From the IMG/VR virus record IMGVR_UViG_3300007512_000010, positions 62,001 to 118,970 of that record: a stretch of 56,970 nucleotides of DNA. One strand, given 5' to 3'. The stretch is from an uncultured virus (IMG/VR IMGVR_UViG_3300007512_000010). Its lineage: Duplodnaviria; Heunggongvirae; Uroviricota; Caudoviricetes. The notes below the pieces were generated by a model, which had not been told where the DNA came from, did not search any database, and worked only from the letters and a program-made list of their open reading frames with translations. A program made the translations under genes and the position numbers. Position 1 is the stretch's first letter, and the number at the start of each line of letters is the position of its first letter. Below, in pieces: positions 1 to 9,375 of this stretch.

Positions 1-2
1 GC

Positions 3-3000
3 GAACAGGGGGCTCGGGTACGGATAGGGTACGGAAGGCTTAACGCTATTGCTCCACGGAAACAGGTGGATGATGACGGGGATAGCGAGATCGACACGAT
101 CAAGTCCCAGGACGATTCCCTGACCTGGGCTAGTTCTACAGGTTATCACTACAACGTCTTTGGATTGGATAATTGGTACGCCTGGGCGCATGGCACTGTT
201 TTTGGTAGTGAAACCATTACCGCTACACCCCCATGGTACGACGAAGATATTGGTTGGAATGTATACGATAGCGAGGGCGTCACCCTTGAGGTTGGGGGAA
301 TAGACCCAGACCTCGTTCGAAGAGATATCCCTTTAGAAGGGATGGTCAGTGCGGCAGCTAGAGATGATGGTGGCGATAAAAACCCATCTTTAAAGCAGGC
401 AGCTTTCGACCACTCTACGACGCCGCAAGAGAGCCAAGACAGGTCTATTCTTGGATCTATCGAAGCCACGGTGCTCGGTAACTACAACCACGACCTTGTA
501 AATGAGGCAACCAGGAAGCTATACGGGCATGAGACAGTAACTATTGGCGAAGCCTACATGAAGACAGAGCACCAATTTGGTGTTCTTTCTAATGGTGTTA
601 TTACCGGTGGATATTGTTTTTCTTTGGTGAATGAGAATGCCGGGGAAATCTTCCCTTCGGACACTTTGTTTGACCGGCTAAGTTACCATGATTTTGGTGA
701 TTGGACTGCGGATGACGCGGATGGCGCTAAGCGTGGGCTTGTGTTTTGCGAAGCTTACGTTCTTCTTGGTGGGGCGAAGTGGCATATTCCTGCTGACGTG
801 TACAATCTAGAGGATTACTCGGACGACCTAGATAGCCGGGAGTTCATGGTTTGGTTTGACGCACGAGCCCGAAAAGTTCTAATTAAGCCAATTGGCTCGG
901 CTGCTGATATGCACTCATCCCCAGCCGCTGCTGACCCCTGGTTGTGGAGTCAGTACGATGAGGCGCATATTGTCCCGTTTGCAAAGGTGGTTACGGATAA
1001 CGACGGTTTTATCGAGGCCGTAATAAACCTTAGAAAGCCGATTTCGCGTGTCGATGAACGAACCAACCTATTGGTGGGGACCACCTCTACAGAAGAGCTA
1101 GCTTCACACATGAAGTTGGTGGATAGCGCTCCGGGCGAAGGCCACTCCCAGTTTGGTGTAGACGCACACACACAGGCACAGCTTCATTTTAAGAACGTAG
1201 GTGAGGCCCTTGTTTACATCGAGCACATGGATAACACCCAAGCGTACAAAGGGCGTAAGTGGACAATTGAGGTAGTTGGCTCTTGCCATGAGTTCGATCA
1301 CGAGGCCAGAGGGATCACGCTCCCCATGCGGTTCCCTGTGCACGGTATCAATCTCATCGGGCACAAAGGCGCAGACCAGTCCTGGCTGCATAACCGGGAA
1401 ATGAGGACAGCATATACCCACCCGACAGAACCAGCATCAGCGGAAGGGGTGTGGATGTCTTGGTGGCATGGTGCTGCAACCCCGACCGATGACGCAGTAA
1501 ATGACGACGGATGGCTCAGAATCCACCCAGGACATGGACCAGTAATTTATTGGTCTGAGGGTAAGCCGCTGTTCGATCTAAACAGCCGACAAGGTGTCAC
1601 TGTTAGAGATGTCAATCTCCGCTTCATCGGTGTAGACCACGGTCTAGACGAAGAGGCGTTTGCTGGGAACTATTGGGACACCGGCTGGGACACCGGTGTC
1701 GAGGACGGCCATAACACTCGGCCGAATGTTGCCGCCTTCATCTGCACCCGCAAGGATGGGGACCTGTCCATCCCAGCCATGGATCAGGATCGGGGAGGCA
1801 TGTGGACGGCTATTTACGGGTTACAGAGGCCCAACGCCGCTTTCTCAGGGAACTACTTATTTGAGGGGGTCACCCTCCACAATGGTGGAATCCTTTGTGA
1901 TTTCTACAACCCCACGACGTACACAAGAACCACCGCATCGTTGGACAACATTACCCTACGGAATTGTCGGGCTATCAATGTTACCCACGGTTTAGCGGCC
2001 TTCGGGTGCACTATTTGGGCGGACGACGGTGACGTGGGCGAGATGGTGAATTGGGACAATGTGACCCCATACGGTGCGGCGTTCTCGTACGGTGCGGGTA
2101 ACCATAAGAAGTACCACAAGGGTATTACGATTGATTCTTGCGAGGCTGTGTGTGTCCCGTCAGAGCACGGGCACATGCATGAAATGTGGGAAGAGGATCA
2201 CACCGCGTTCAGTAAGCGTCGTGCGGGTGTGTTTGCGACTCACTCAAAAGAAGTGACTGTCACTAACTGCTCTTTCCACGGTGGGTTCGCTTACGGCGTC
2301 TATTTTGGGGAGGATGTGCAATGGTATGACTTCGGGGGGTCTGCAGAGAGCCAGCATTGGGCCACCGGAACAATCGAAAACAATACGATTAGTGGTCCTT
2401 TAGAAGTAGGTATCTTCGCCTGCTCACAGCACGAATTTTCAGACATCCGTATTGTCAACAATACGATCCGCGACCCAGGGATGCCCTACTGGAAGAAGGA
2501 AAATTACAGTACACAATACGCGTGTGAAGACCCATGGGGCATTGTTGTCGATGGGGCCAACTTCCAAGTTACCGGAAACACTATTAGACACACCGTTTAC
2601 GCGCTAGACGCGTATGGCGGAGATGGGCTCGATAAATCTCAGAGTAACTTCTGTGGGGGTATTTATTTCACCGGGGCTCAGGCGTTTTACTACAAGGCTC
2701 TTCCGTCTGAAATTTCTGGGAACAGCATCCATCTGGTCGGTAAGGCCCTTAAGGGGATTGTTCTCGCTGACGCTGTAATGACGGATTTTTGGGAGTACGT
2801 AGCTTCCCACACGCACGGAATCCATATAAACGGTAATAATATCATCAACGATATTACCACCGGATACTCGTGGTCTACAGGGTACTACTCTTACGAGAAC
2901 AACGAGGGGGGCGTGGACGATGTTTTCGATGCCGCCGACGCACGCTTTGAGCTTATGGGAACAAATTACCCGTTCAGCATTTTCGTTGGCTGGGGTCACC

Positions 3001-5885
3001 AAACCGTGAAGATCGTAGACAACAATCTTGTTGGACCCGTGTACTTCGGTATTGGAACAAACAACTCGATATTTTCGAATAATACTCTTCGAGATTGTGC
3101 GGCATCGCCAAGCGGATACTTGCCAGAAAGTAACGGGGTGATGAACACAAACGATAAGGGTAATGCGGCGATGCTCGTTGCGTATGACACGCAAAATATT
3201 TCTATCACCAATAACCAAATGCATATGGGGCACGTCTTTCTTGATTCCTGTATGAACGCAAAGGTTGACGGGAACAACCTGTACCCGCATGGAGATAGGT
3301 ACGTTATTGATCCAGTGAACCAGCCGGTAGGCATCTTTTTACGAGAAGATTGTCACCAAGCAAATATCATCAACAACCACATCCCTGGTGATGGGTTTAT
3401 CTTCGTCGGTGCCGGGGGTGACTGTTTCGACTGCTCGATTAGAGGTAACAAGTGGGGCGTCCGCGCAGAGACCCAAAGTAATTATGCCTACTACGGTGGG
3501 TTCTATACCGCCGATATTGATCACAACCAGGGGTACTTGGGCGAAATCGACCTGTGGGATTACGACCTGGATGGAGATGACATCCATAACGGTGGGCTGG
3601 TTTATTGGGACGGCGGTGGGGGCTTAATTGCAGACAACGTCTTGCTGAATAATGACATCTTTGTTGGCAACTACAATTGGGATCTTGGAGACTGGTATGG
3701 GTCGGGTCAGGTAGCCCTGGCGGAAGGAGACACGATAATCGCAGAAAAAAGGGCAGGCGCTAATTTTACAGTTTCTAGGAACAAGCTGAACGGCGGCTCA
3801 ATCCATATGTATTCGTGGGGAGGCTCTATTGTTGATAATGACCTCCGACGTTATTCCCCAGGTGACGGACGCCCACTGCAACAGGCTTTGGACCTTTGGC
3901 TGTTTGTCGGAACGTTCTATCAGCCCAACATCGAGTCTTACGGTAGGGCCACACGTATTTCTGGAAACGCTTGTCCTGGGACTATTTATAGTGCTTGGAA
4001 TGACAACGGGATAATTAGTGAGAATAGTGTGGGTCGTGACATTGTTACCTACAGCGGCAAGTCCCTCCAGATTATTAATAATAACCTATCAGTGATAGAG
4101 CCCCAGATGCTCAGCCTTGACACGGTTTCGGGCAAGGTTCGATATAACCCCACCGATGACCCGGCTAGGCATATACACGGCCAGGGAAATATCGTATTGC
4201 AGAGTTCTGACAATGCTGTGGTTTCTGGGAATGTTTCGCTTATGGGCTATGAAGAAATATCCGCAAGACCCAAATACCTTCTCGGGGTAAGAACCGATCC
4301 TAACGACCATTTGTACTACGCCGATTACGTTGCACCTTTCCGAAACTGGGAGTTGTACGGACCAGAAAGCGGCTACCAAGTAGATTTTGATCATGGCGTT
4401 TATGTCATGCAGTACATCGACGCGGGAGGTGATACAGAGGGCAACGTAACGGCACACCAGGATACTAGGGCTTTTGCTGAAGCGGGTAATAGCAACCACG
4501 TCGGTGGTCCCGGCCATAACTACTGGTGCCAGCAACCAGAACCCGGCGAATCTGGGTTCCCAGCGGAAGATCACAGTAAACATCGCATCGGCTTGGTATA
4601 CAGCAACTCAGGCGGGCTGTACTCTTGTAGCGGCGGGACCAACAACGTAGGCCCGTTCAGCCCCCTTAATTGGCAGTCTAGGCGTCGGTCGGATGATGGG
4701 TTCCCCTCAATGGAGATAATGCTGGGTAGTACCGATAGCTACACAACGTGGGGACGCCGTATCTATGCTTATGACTCTTTTGGGGTCGATATTAACAATA
4801 ATAAAGTAGCTCATATCGAGGTCGATAACTGCTCCAAGGGCTCAGTCACGAGAAATCGGTGTTTCTGGGGCGGGTTTAATCCGAACTACACACTGAAAAA
4901 CCACAGCATCTTACTTCACGGCGACGTGACAGAATTCGTCGTGAGTGACAACAAATGCTCGGGGTCTATTTGGATTGCGGATAATTACAATTGGGGGGAC
5001 GTATCGTCTGGCCCTGATGGGGATGACACCGTCTATAACTGGGGCTCTGTACAGGTCTCCTTGATGGTTAATGGGAACACCTGTGGTTGGCATACTGATC
5101 GTACCTCGTTCTGTTCCTCCCAAATAAACCTTTCCAACGACACAACACCTGAGGAGGAGCAGTGGGCGACGTCTAAGTATCTATTCGGCGGCGGCGGTAA
5201 TATCCTCATCGATAACTGTACGATGGTAACAGCCAACCATAACGTTTTGAATGCCGCACGAGGTCCCTACCCGGACAGGTGGTGGGATAACACGATGGAT
5301 GGAGTCGAATGGGGGGAAATCTACCTAAATCGTCTTGGAAACCCTTTTGCGCAAATCATTTCAACTTCGGATGACGGCTCCAGCCACATGCAAGCGCATA
5401 AACAAAACTACGGTACGGTTGTTACTTTTAATCAGGCCGCTGGGGTTATGGGCTGGGTTCGCCAGCCGGACCACCACACAGAAAACTTTACCAATGATAC
5501 AGACGATTTTTTCGATAATGGTGAATACAAGGGTCCGTATGCTTCTGGGAACTCTCTTAGGTACCTGTCAGACCGCGTCATCCCATGTATTGGTGGTTCC
5601 TTCGGTGATTGGACTGGTAATAGATTAACTGATGATATCTTTACCGTAATGACAGAGCTTTGGACCGAGGGCGGCAGCTTCGCCGGATTTACTATTGAGG
5701 ACTTTACGCATCCGTATTGGGGATTAAAGGACTGGGTTGGGTCGAACACCCATTGGTGGGGTAATATGGACTCAACCACTGGACCATTCCAGGCTAATGG
5801 CGAACATGGAAATGCGTCTATCCCGAGTTGTACAGGGTCTAAGTACTTCGGAAATCCGACCCTGAACTATTGGGATAAAGACTGA
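3..5885 (+). CDS. Giant tailspike/tail-fibre-like protein with right-handed parallel beta-helix (pectin-lyase-like) repeats; 5'-truncated by the window
   Basis: The frame is open from position 3 (EQGARVRIGYG...) through the GTG at 66, so it is >1950 aa. It has many I-x-x-N-x-I / SGN / NN repeats (TIENNTISG, IRIVNNTIRD, QVTGNTIRH, ISGNSIH, IVDNNL) and is rich in D/G/N/Y/W. Confidence 0.7.
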   Translation, partial: EQGARVRIGYGRLNAIAPRKQVDDDGDSEIDTIKSQDDSLTWASSTGYHYNVFGLDNWYAWAHGTVFGSETITATPPWYDEDIGWNVYDSEGVTLEVGGIDPDLVRRDIPLEGMVSAAARDDGGDKNPSLKQAAFDHSTTPQESQDRSILGSIEATVLGNYNHDLVNEATRKLYGHETVTIGEAYMKTEHQFGVLSNGVITGGYCFSLVNENAGEIFPSDTLFDRLSYHDFGDWTADDADGAKRGLVFCEAYVLLGGAKWHIPADVYNLEDYSDDLDSREFMVWFDARARKVLIKPIGSAADMHSSPAAADPWLWSQYDEAHIVPFAKVVTDNDGFIEAVINLRKPISRVDERTNLLVGTTSTEELASHMKLVDSAPGEGHSQFGVDAHTQAQLHFKNVGEALVYIEHMDNTQAYKGRKWTIEVVGSCHEFDHEARGITLPMRFPVHGINLIGHKGADQSWLHNREMRTAYTHPTEPASAEGVWMSWWHGAATPTDDAVNDDGWLRIHPGHGPVIYWSEGKPLFDLNSRQGVTVRDVNLRFIGVDHGLDEEAFAGNYWDTGWDTGVEDGHNTRPNVAAFICTRKDGDLSIPAMDQDRGGMWTAIYGLQRPNAAFSGNYLFEGVTLHNGGILCDFYNPTTYTRTTASLDNITLRNCRAINVTHGLAAFGCTIWADDGDVGEMVNWDNVTPYGAAFSYGAGNHKKYHKGITIDSCEAVCVPSEHGHMHEMWEEDHTAFSKRRAGVFATHSKEVTVTNCSFHGGFAYGVYFGEDVQWYDFGGSAESQHWATGTIENNTISGPLEVGIFACSQHEFSDIRIVNNTIRDPGMPYWKKENYSTQYACEDPWGIVVDGANFQVTGNTIRHTVYALDAYGGDGLDKSQSNFCGGIYFTGAQAFYYKALPSEISGNSIHLVGKALKGIVLADAVMTDFWEYVASHTHGIHINGNNIINDITTGYSWSTGYYSYENNEGGVDDVFDAADARFELMGTNYPFSIFVGWGHQTVKIVDNNLVGPVYFGIGTNNSIFSNNTLRDCAASPSGYLPESNGVMNTNDKGNAAMLVAYDTQNISITNNQMHMGHVFLDSCMNAKVDGNNLYPHGDRYVIDPVNQPVGIFLREDCHQANIINNHIPGDGFIFVGAGGDCFDCSIRGNKWGVRAETQSNYAYYGGFYTADIDHNQGYLGEIDLWDYDLDGDDIHNGGLVYWDGGGGLIADNVLLNNDIFVGNYNWDLGDWYGSGQVALAEGDTIIAEKRAGANFTVSRNKLNGGSIHMYSWGGSIVDNDLRRYSPGDGRPLQQALDLWLFVGTFYQPNIESYGRATRISGNACPGTIYSAWNDNGIISENSVGRDIVTYSGKSLQIINNNLSVIEPQMLSLDTVSGKVRYNPTDDPARHIHGQGNIVLQSSDNAVVSGNVSLMGYEEISARPKYLLGVRTDPNDHLYYADYVAPFRNWELYGPESGYQVDFDHGVYVMQYIDAGGDTEGNVTAHQDTRAFAEAGNSNHVGGPGHNYWCQQPEPGESGFPAEDHSKHRIGLVYSNSGGLYSCSGGTNNVGPFSPLNWQSRRRSDDGFPSMEIMLGSTDSYTTWGRRIYAYDSFGVDINNNKVAHIEVDNCSKGSVTRNRCFWGGFNPNYTLKNHSILLHGDVTEFVVSDNKCSGSIWIADNYNWGDVSSGPDGDDTVYNWGSVQVSLMVNGNTCGWHTDRTSFCSSQINLSNDTTPEEEQWATSKYLFGGGGNILIDNCTMVTANHNVLNAARGPYPDRWWDNTMDGVEWGEIYLNRLGNPFAQIISTSDDGSSHMQAHKQNYGTVVTFNQAAGVMGWVRQPDHHTENFTNDTDDFFDNGEYKGPYASGNSLRYLSDRVIPCIGGSFGDWTGNRLTDDIFTVMTELWTEGGSFAGFTIEDFTHPYWGLKDWVGSNTHWWGNMDSTTGPFQANGEHGNASIPSCTGSKYFGNPTLNYWDKD

Positions 5886-5926
5886 TAGCTAAAAAAGAGA
5901 AGGGGGTGTTACCCCCCTCCTCTTTC
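5886..5926 (-). terminator. Intrinsic terminator for the minus-strand unit (possibly bidirectional)
   Basis: The minus strand reads AAAGAGGAGGGGGGT-AAC-ACCCCCTTCTCTTT-TTTAGCTA, a GC stem plus U6 tract, between convergent genes. Confidence 0.8.
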
Positions 5927-5949
5927 TGACTGTCTTCCTCAGAATAAGA

Positions 5950-6360
5950 TTATGCTGAGGCGGTTTGGAACTCCACGATGGCGCGAGCCAACGCTTCCTT
6001 GGTCGGGTGAGGACCAACATCCAGACCGTGCGACTTGGCAGCAGCGCGAAGCTCGTTAAAGCTTGCACCCTCCATGACGGTCTGAACAGCGTCGGAAACA
6101 ACAGCCTCCGTCACCGGCTCGGGAGTAGCAGTGGAGGCTTCAACAGCCTTCGCTTCTTCAGCCTTTGCCAGCTTCGCAGCCTGTCGTTGGGCCTTCAGGG
6201 CCTGACGATTGCTCGCCCACCGACGACGACGTGCGCCTAGATTATCTAGTGCACGGATCGTGTAGAGCGTGGTGACGCCGCATCCTACGGCAAGGACGAA
6301 CTGTTGAACAGTTCGGTTCTGAATGATGGCCTGACCAGCAGGCCTGATTGCTTGCAACAT
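5950..6360 (-). CDS. Small protein with an N-terminal hydrophobic segment, basic/Ala-rich coiled linker and C-terminal helix-extension-helix (Rho-N/SAP/HeH-like) motif
   Basis: Strong RBS (AAGGAGG) upstream of the ATG. Hydrophobic segment FVLAVGCGVTTLYTI; C-terminal FNELRAAAKSHGLDVGPHPTKEALARAI. Confidence 0.7.
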   Translation of the reverse strand: MLQAIRPAGQAIIQNRTVQQFVLAVGCGVTTLYTIRALDNLGARRRRWASNRQALKAQRQAAKLAKAEEAKAVEASTATPEPVTEAVVSDAVQTVMEGASFNELRAAAKSHGLDVGPHPTKEALARAIVEFQTASA

Positions 6361-6418
6361 ATTTCCCTCCTTAATGGGTTGAGTTGCGTTGAAAGAAAAG
6401 CCGTTGAGAATTCAACGA

Positions 6419-6598
6419 CTACCGGGGGTCCGCACCAACAGCTTCGAGAGCACGGTTCGCACGATTGCGATACTTCGCCTCGATGATGTTGGCAGCATCG
6501 GTACCGACGCTAGCCAGACCGCGATAGGCCTTGATAGCTACGTCGACTGCGACGACGGTCAAAAACACCTGACCAATGATTCGAAAAGTATTACCCAC
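6419..6598 (-). CDS. 59-aa hypothetical protein missing from the ORF track (MGNTFRIIGQVFLTVVAVDVAIKAYRGLASVG...ADPR)
   Basis: I translated this by hand: GTG start 8 nt after AGGAGG, TAG stop at 6419-6421. It is the first gene downstream of the conserved motif at 6666. Confidence 0.75.
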   Translation of the reverse strand: MGNTFRIIGQVFLTVVAVDVAIKAYRGLASVGTDAANIIEAKYRNRANRALEAVGADPR

Positions 6599-6665
6599 GA
6601 GACATTCCTCCTAAAGGACAAAAAGGGTTTTACGAGAGAAACACCTATTGCTTCCCTTCACTATT

Positions 6666-6678
6666 CTTATCCCTAAAA
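6666..6678 (-). promoter_or_regulatory. Putative phage promoter element, copy 1 (TTTTAGGGATAAG)
   Basis: Near-identical 13-mers occur at 26315 and 30391. All three are intergenic at strand switches, upstream of minus-strand genes. Confidence 0.65.
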
Positions 6679-6816
6679 ACACCCCTATTTTTGCACTTTT
6701 TGGGCATTTATTACGTAGTGATAATGGGTATTTTATTACGCTGTAATTATTAAATAATAAAAATTATTATCGGAATGGTCTTCTTCAAGTATTAGCGCGT
6801 TCCATATAATCTAAAT

Positions 6817-7812
6817 ATGGGAAGACAGGTTATTACTACATTGCTTACAGCGACCGGCCTATTAATACCGAGTCAGATCGGATGTGGATCTGACCACTAC
6901 TTAACCTACGAAAATATAGTCGAGGTGCCCGTGGAGGTGCCCGTCTATATTGAAGAGGAGGTTCCAGGGGGGAATGTATGGGTAGATTCCTTTACCCAGC
7001 CTGGGTCGGTTGACGGCGTAGACATCCTGTGGGTGGTTGACCAGTCTGGATCCATGCAGAATGATGAGCCCAATCTACTCGCGGGTATAGGGGCCATGAT
7101 GAACGCCTTACCACCGTCTGGATGGCGTCTTGCAATAATTCCAGCGGACCCGACTGCTGCCTCTATTGAGAACCAGTTCCCTCTGGTGCCTGGAGACACT
7201 GTTCAGGATGCGACAGACATGCTGAATAATATGGCTAGTGGGCACCTTGAGGCTGGGCTTGACGCTGTGTACCACTATGTAATGTCAAATCCATACTCGC
7301 TCACATGGATGCGAGATGATGCGGCGCTTCTAGTTGTGTTTGTGTCTGACGAAGATGACCAGAGCGTAACTATGGCGACGGCCCAAGACTTCATCTATTG
7401 GTATCAAACGACGTCTATCTCTCCGTTTGCCGCCAGCATCGTGAACCTCGACCCCGCCGAGTCTATGTGCAATAGCTCTGCGATGCATGCGGGTGACAAG
7501 TATATTGACGTGACGAACCATTTCGTTGGCGTTGTTTTGGATATTTGCTCAGAGGATTGGTCACAGGGGTCTGTTGATGCTGGCGTACAAGTAGAGCCTC
7601 ACAGCGAATGGCCTCTTTCGCATACCCCAATAGTGGACACTGTTCGTGTATTTATCGATAGCGCATTGAACTCAGACTGGACGTATGACGCGGTAGAGAA
7701 CAAAGTTTTGTTTACGGTGATACCCCCGAGTAATTCTTTGGTTGAGATTGGGTATGTGATTGATGAGCCGGATACTGGACTGGACGCGGGTGCCGATACT
7801 GGTAGTAGCTAA
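6817..7812 (+). CDS. VWA-domain lipoprotein, myxobacterial/Bdellovibrionota type (CglB-like architecture)
   Basis: Signal peptide ending in a lipobox-like QIG-C; MIDAS DILWVVDQSGSM; later EAGL and RDDAALLVVFVSDEDD; C-terminal beta domain and DTG...DTG tail. Confidence 0.75.
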   Translation: MGRQVITTLLTATGLLIPSQIGCGSDHYLTYENIVEVPVEVPVYIEEEVPGGNVWVDSFTQPGSVDGVDILWVVDQSGSMQNDEPNLLAGIGAMMNALPPSGWRLAIIPADPTAASIENQFPLVPGDTVQDATDMLNNMASGHLEAGLDAVYHYVMSNPYSLTWMRDDAALLVVFVSDEDDQSVTMATAQDFIYWYQTTSISPFAASIVNLDPAESMCNSSAMHAGDKYIDVTNHFVGVVLDICSEDWSQGSVDAGVQVEPHSEWPLSHTPIVDTVRVFIDSALNSDWTYDAVENKVLFTVIPPSNSLVEIGYVIDEPDTGLDAGADTGSS

Positions 7813-7851
7813 AAAAGAAGGGGGGACCACCGTGATGGTGATCCCCCCTTC
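7806..7851 (-). terminator. Intrinsic terminator ending the long replication operon
   Basis: The minus strand reads GAAGGGGGGATCACCA-TCAC-GGTGGTCCCCCCTTC-TTTTTTAGCTA. Confidence 0.85.
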
Positions 7852-7882
7852 AACCTAAGCCCTGATCAGGTAGGGCCTAGAA

Positions 7883-8674
7883 CTACTTCTTTAGTTGTGA
7901 CAAGTCCTTAATAAGGTCATCATCGTCTTCAATGATCGCCGTATTAAGGATGTATACCAAAGCGTCATGCAAATCAGCGTACATCGCCGCTTGCTCAGCA
8001 CGCATCGCCTGAACCTCCCCACGGAGGCTATCAATCCCCGTCAGGAAGGAATTAAGGTCGGTACCCACACTAAGGGTGACCTCAGGCGTAGTGGTTGGAA
8101 TTTCTTCCTTCACCACCTCAACAGCTTCAGCAGCAGTCTTCTTTACTCGGAAGCCGCCCTTCTTTTTCTTGGCGGTGGTTTCCTGCTTCTTGGTAGCCGT
8201 CTTAGTAGCAGCTTTGGCGTCTGTAGTGGTCTTGCGTGGCCTACCGCGCTTTCGCTTAGCAGGGGCAGCTTCGACAGTTTCTTCAGTAGCAGCAGTTTCT
8301 ACTACCGGGTTTTTGCGGGGACGTCCACGCTTCCTCTTCTTAGGAGGTTCAACAGTGACAGCAGTGCCTTCTTCAGCTTCCACTGCCTCTTCCGTGGCCC
8401 CGCCAGTAGGGAAGGTGGGAGCCTTGGAGTTACCAAGAATGAATTGCTGCAACTGCTGTAGGTACGCTACGACATTTGGTCGGAACTGTTCCGCGCCAAT
8501 GGTCTCTAGGTCCAGAGACGCAAAGTCTTCAGCACGCTCTTGAATCCAAGAGATCGTTTCGCCCTCTTTCTTGGTGTACGCTTCAAGGGGTTCCATCCCC
8601 ATTCCCACGATTACGATTTTTCTAATTTCCGCTCGGTCGAGCGGGGTCAACATTTTCTTTGTTACTTTACCCAT
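7883..8674 (-). CDS. AT-hook DNA-binding protein (HMGA/histone H1-like)
   Basis: Two canonical AT-hooks (KRKRGRPRK x2), a Lys/Ala/Thr-rich tract and a C-terminal coiled coil. Start revised to ATG 8674 (GGAGG RBS). Confidence 0.75.
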   Translation of the reverse strand: MGKVTKKMLTPLDRAEIRKIVIVGMGMEPLEAYTKKEGETISWIQERAEDFASLDLETIGAEQFRPNVVAYLQQLQQFILGNSKAPTFPTGGATEEAVEAEEGTAVTVEPPKKRKRGRPRKNPVVETAATEETVEAAPAKRKRGRPRKTTTDAKAATKTATKKQETTAKKKKGGFRVKKTAAEAVEVVKEEIPTTTPEVTLSVGTDLNSFLTGIDSLRGEVQAMRAEQAAMYADLHDALVYILNTAIIEDDDDLIKDLSQLKK

Positions 8675-8951
8675 TTTCTTCCTCCAGGAGTTGTTTATAG
8701 CAGAATAATACAACCCCATCATGATGCTCGTAGCAGTTACCATTACATGGGAGGGAAAGCCTGCTACGGTTGTTTTCAATAAAAGCTATAAGACTATTTC
8801 TCATTTGATTGATAGGCGTTTCTGGTATTTCCTCTAGGTTGAATTGCAGAAAACTGTGTAGGTCTTCTAGCTTTGTTGATGGAGACACACGGACTCCTGT
8901 TTGTTCTAGGACTATGTGCCTTAGTTCCTCCTTACCTGTTTTAGGATTCAT
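8667..8951 (-). CDS. Hypothetical protein with a C-terminal Cys/His cluster
   Basis: Overlaps both neighbours in operon fashion; contains LPCNGNCYEHHDGVVLFC. Confidence 0.6.
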   Translation of the reverse strand: MNPKTGKEELRHIVLEQTGVRVSPSTKLEDLHSFLQFNLEEIPETPINQMRNSLIAFIENNRSRLSLPCNGNCYEHHDGVVLFCYKQLLEEENG

Positions 8952-9375
8952 CGCTAAGCTCTTCTATTTTTATTTTGATGCCCACGAAGTCATGGGCGGG
9001 TCCGTCTAATTTCTGAATAAACTCCTCCGTGAAACAAGAATCGTCGATACCTAAACAGTCGGCCAGTACGTCCTCTAACACCTTTACTAAGTTTGATACG
9101 TCCCGCCGCTTGAATCGGGTCTTGGCCTTTGTTGGCCACCCCTTGTTGAACAAGGCTGGTAGGTAGTAGTAAATACTTAGTCGATGGGGCTTGTCTCCGT
9201 TTAGAGGGCTCCCGTCAAAGGACAGTTGTTGGGCTATCTCCATAGACGCTTTCGCTTTAAACTGTTTCATCTTGCTAGACGGCCTAGGCCCACGAGCAGT
9301 ATAGATATACATATTGTTAACTGACGGTGGTAGCAACGTCAACTCTGCAGTGAACACCGTCTTATTTTTATTCAC
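8941..9375 (-). CDS. rusA: RusA-family Holliday junction resolvase
   Basis: LPPSVNNMY, RRDVSNLVKVLEDVL and GIDDS motifs. Probable GTG start at 9375. Confidence 0.8.
   Translation of the reverse strand: MNKNKTVFTAELTLLPPSVNNMYIYTARGPRPSSKMKQFKAKASMEIAQQLSFDGSPLNGDKPHRLSIYYYLPALFNKGWPTKAKTRFKRRDVSNLVKVLEDVLADCLGIDDSCFTEEFIQKLDGPAHDFVGIKIKIEELSDES

Noticed and set aside
6389..6676. Plus-strand 95-aa ORF from the track
   Set aside because: It is the shadow of the minus-strand 59-aa gene, which has a perfect SD and lies in a promoter-terminator unit.
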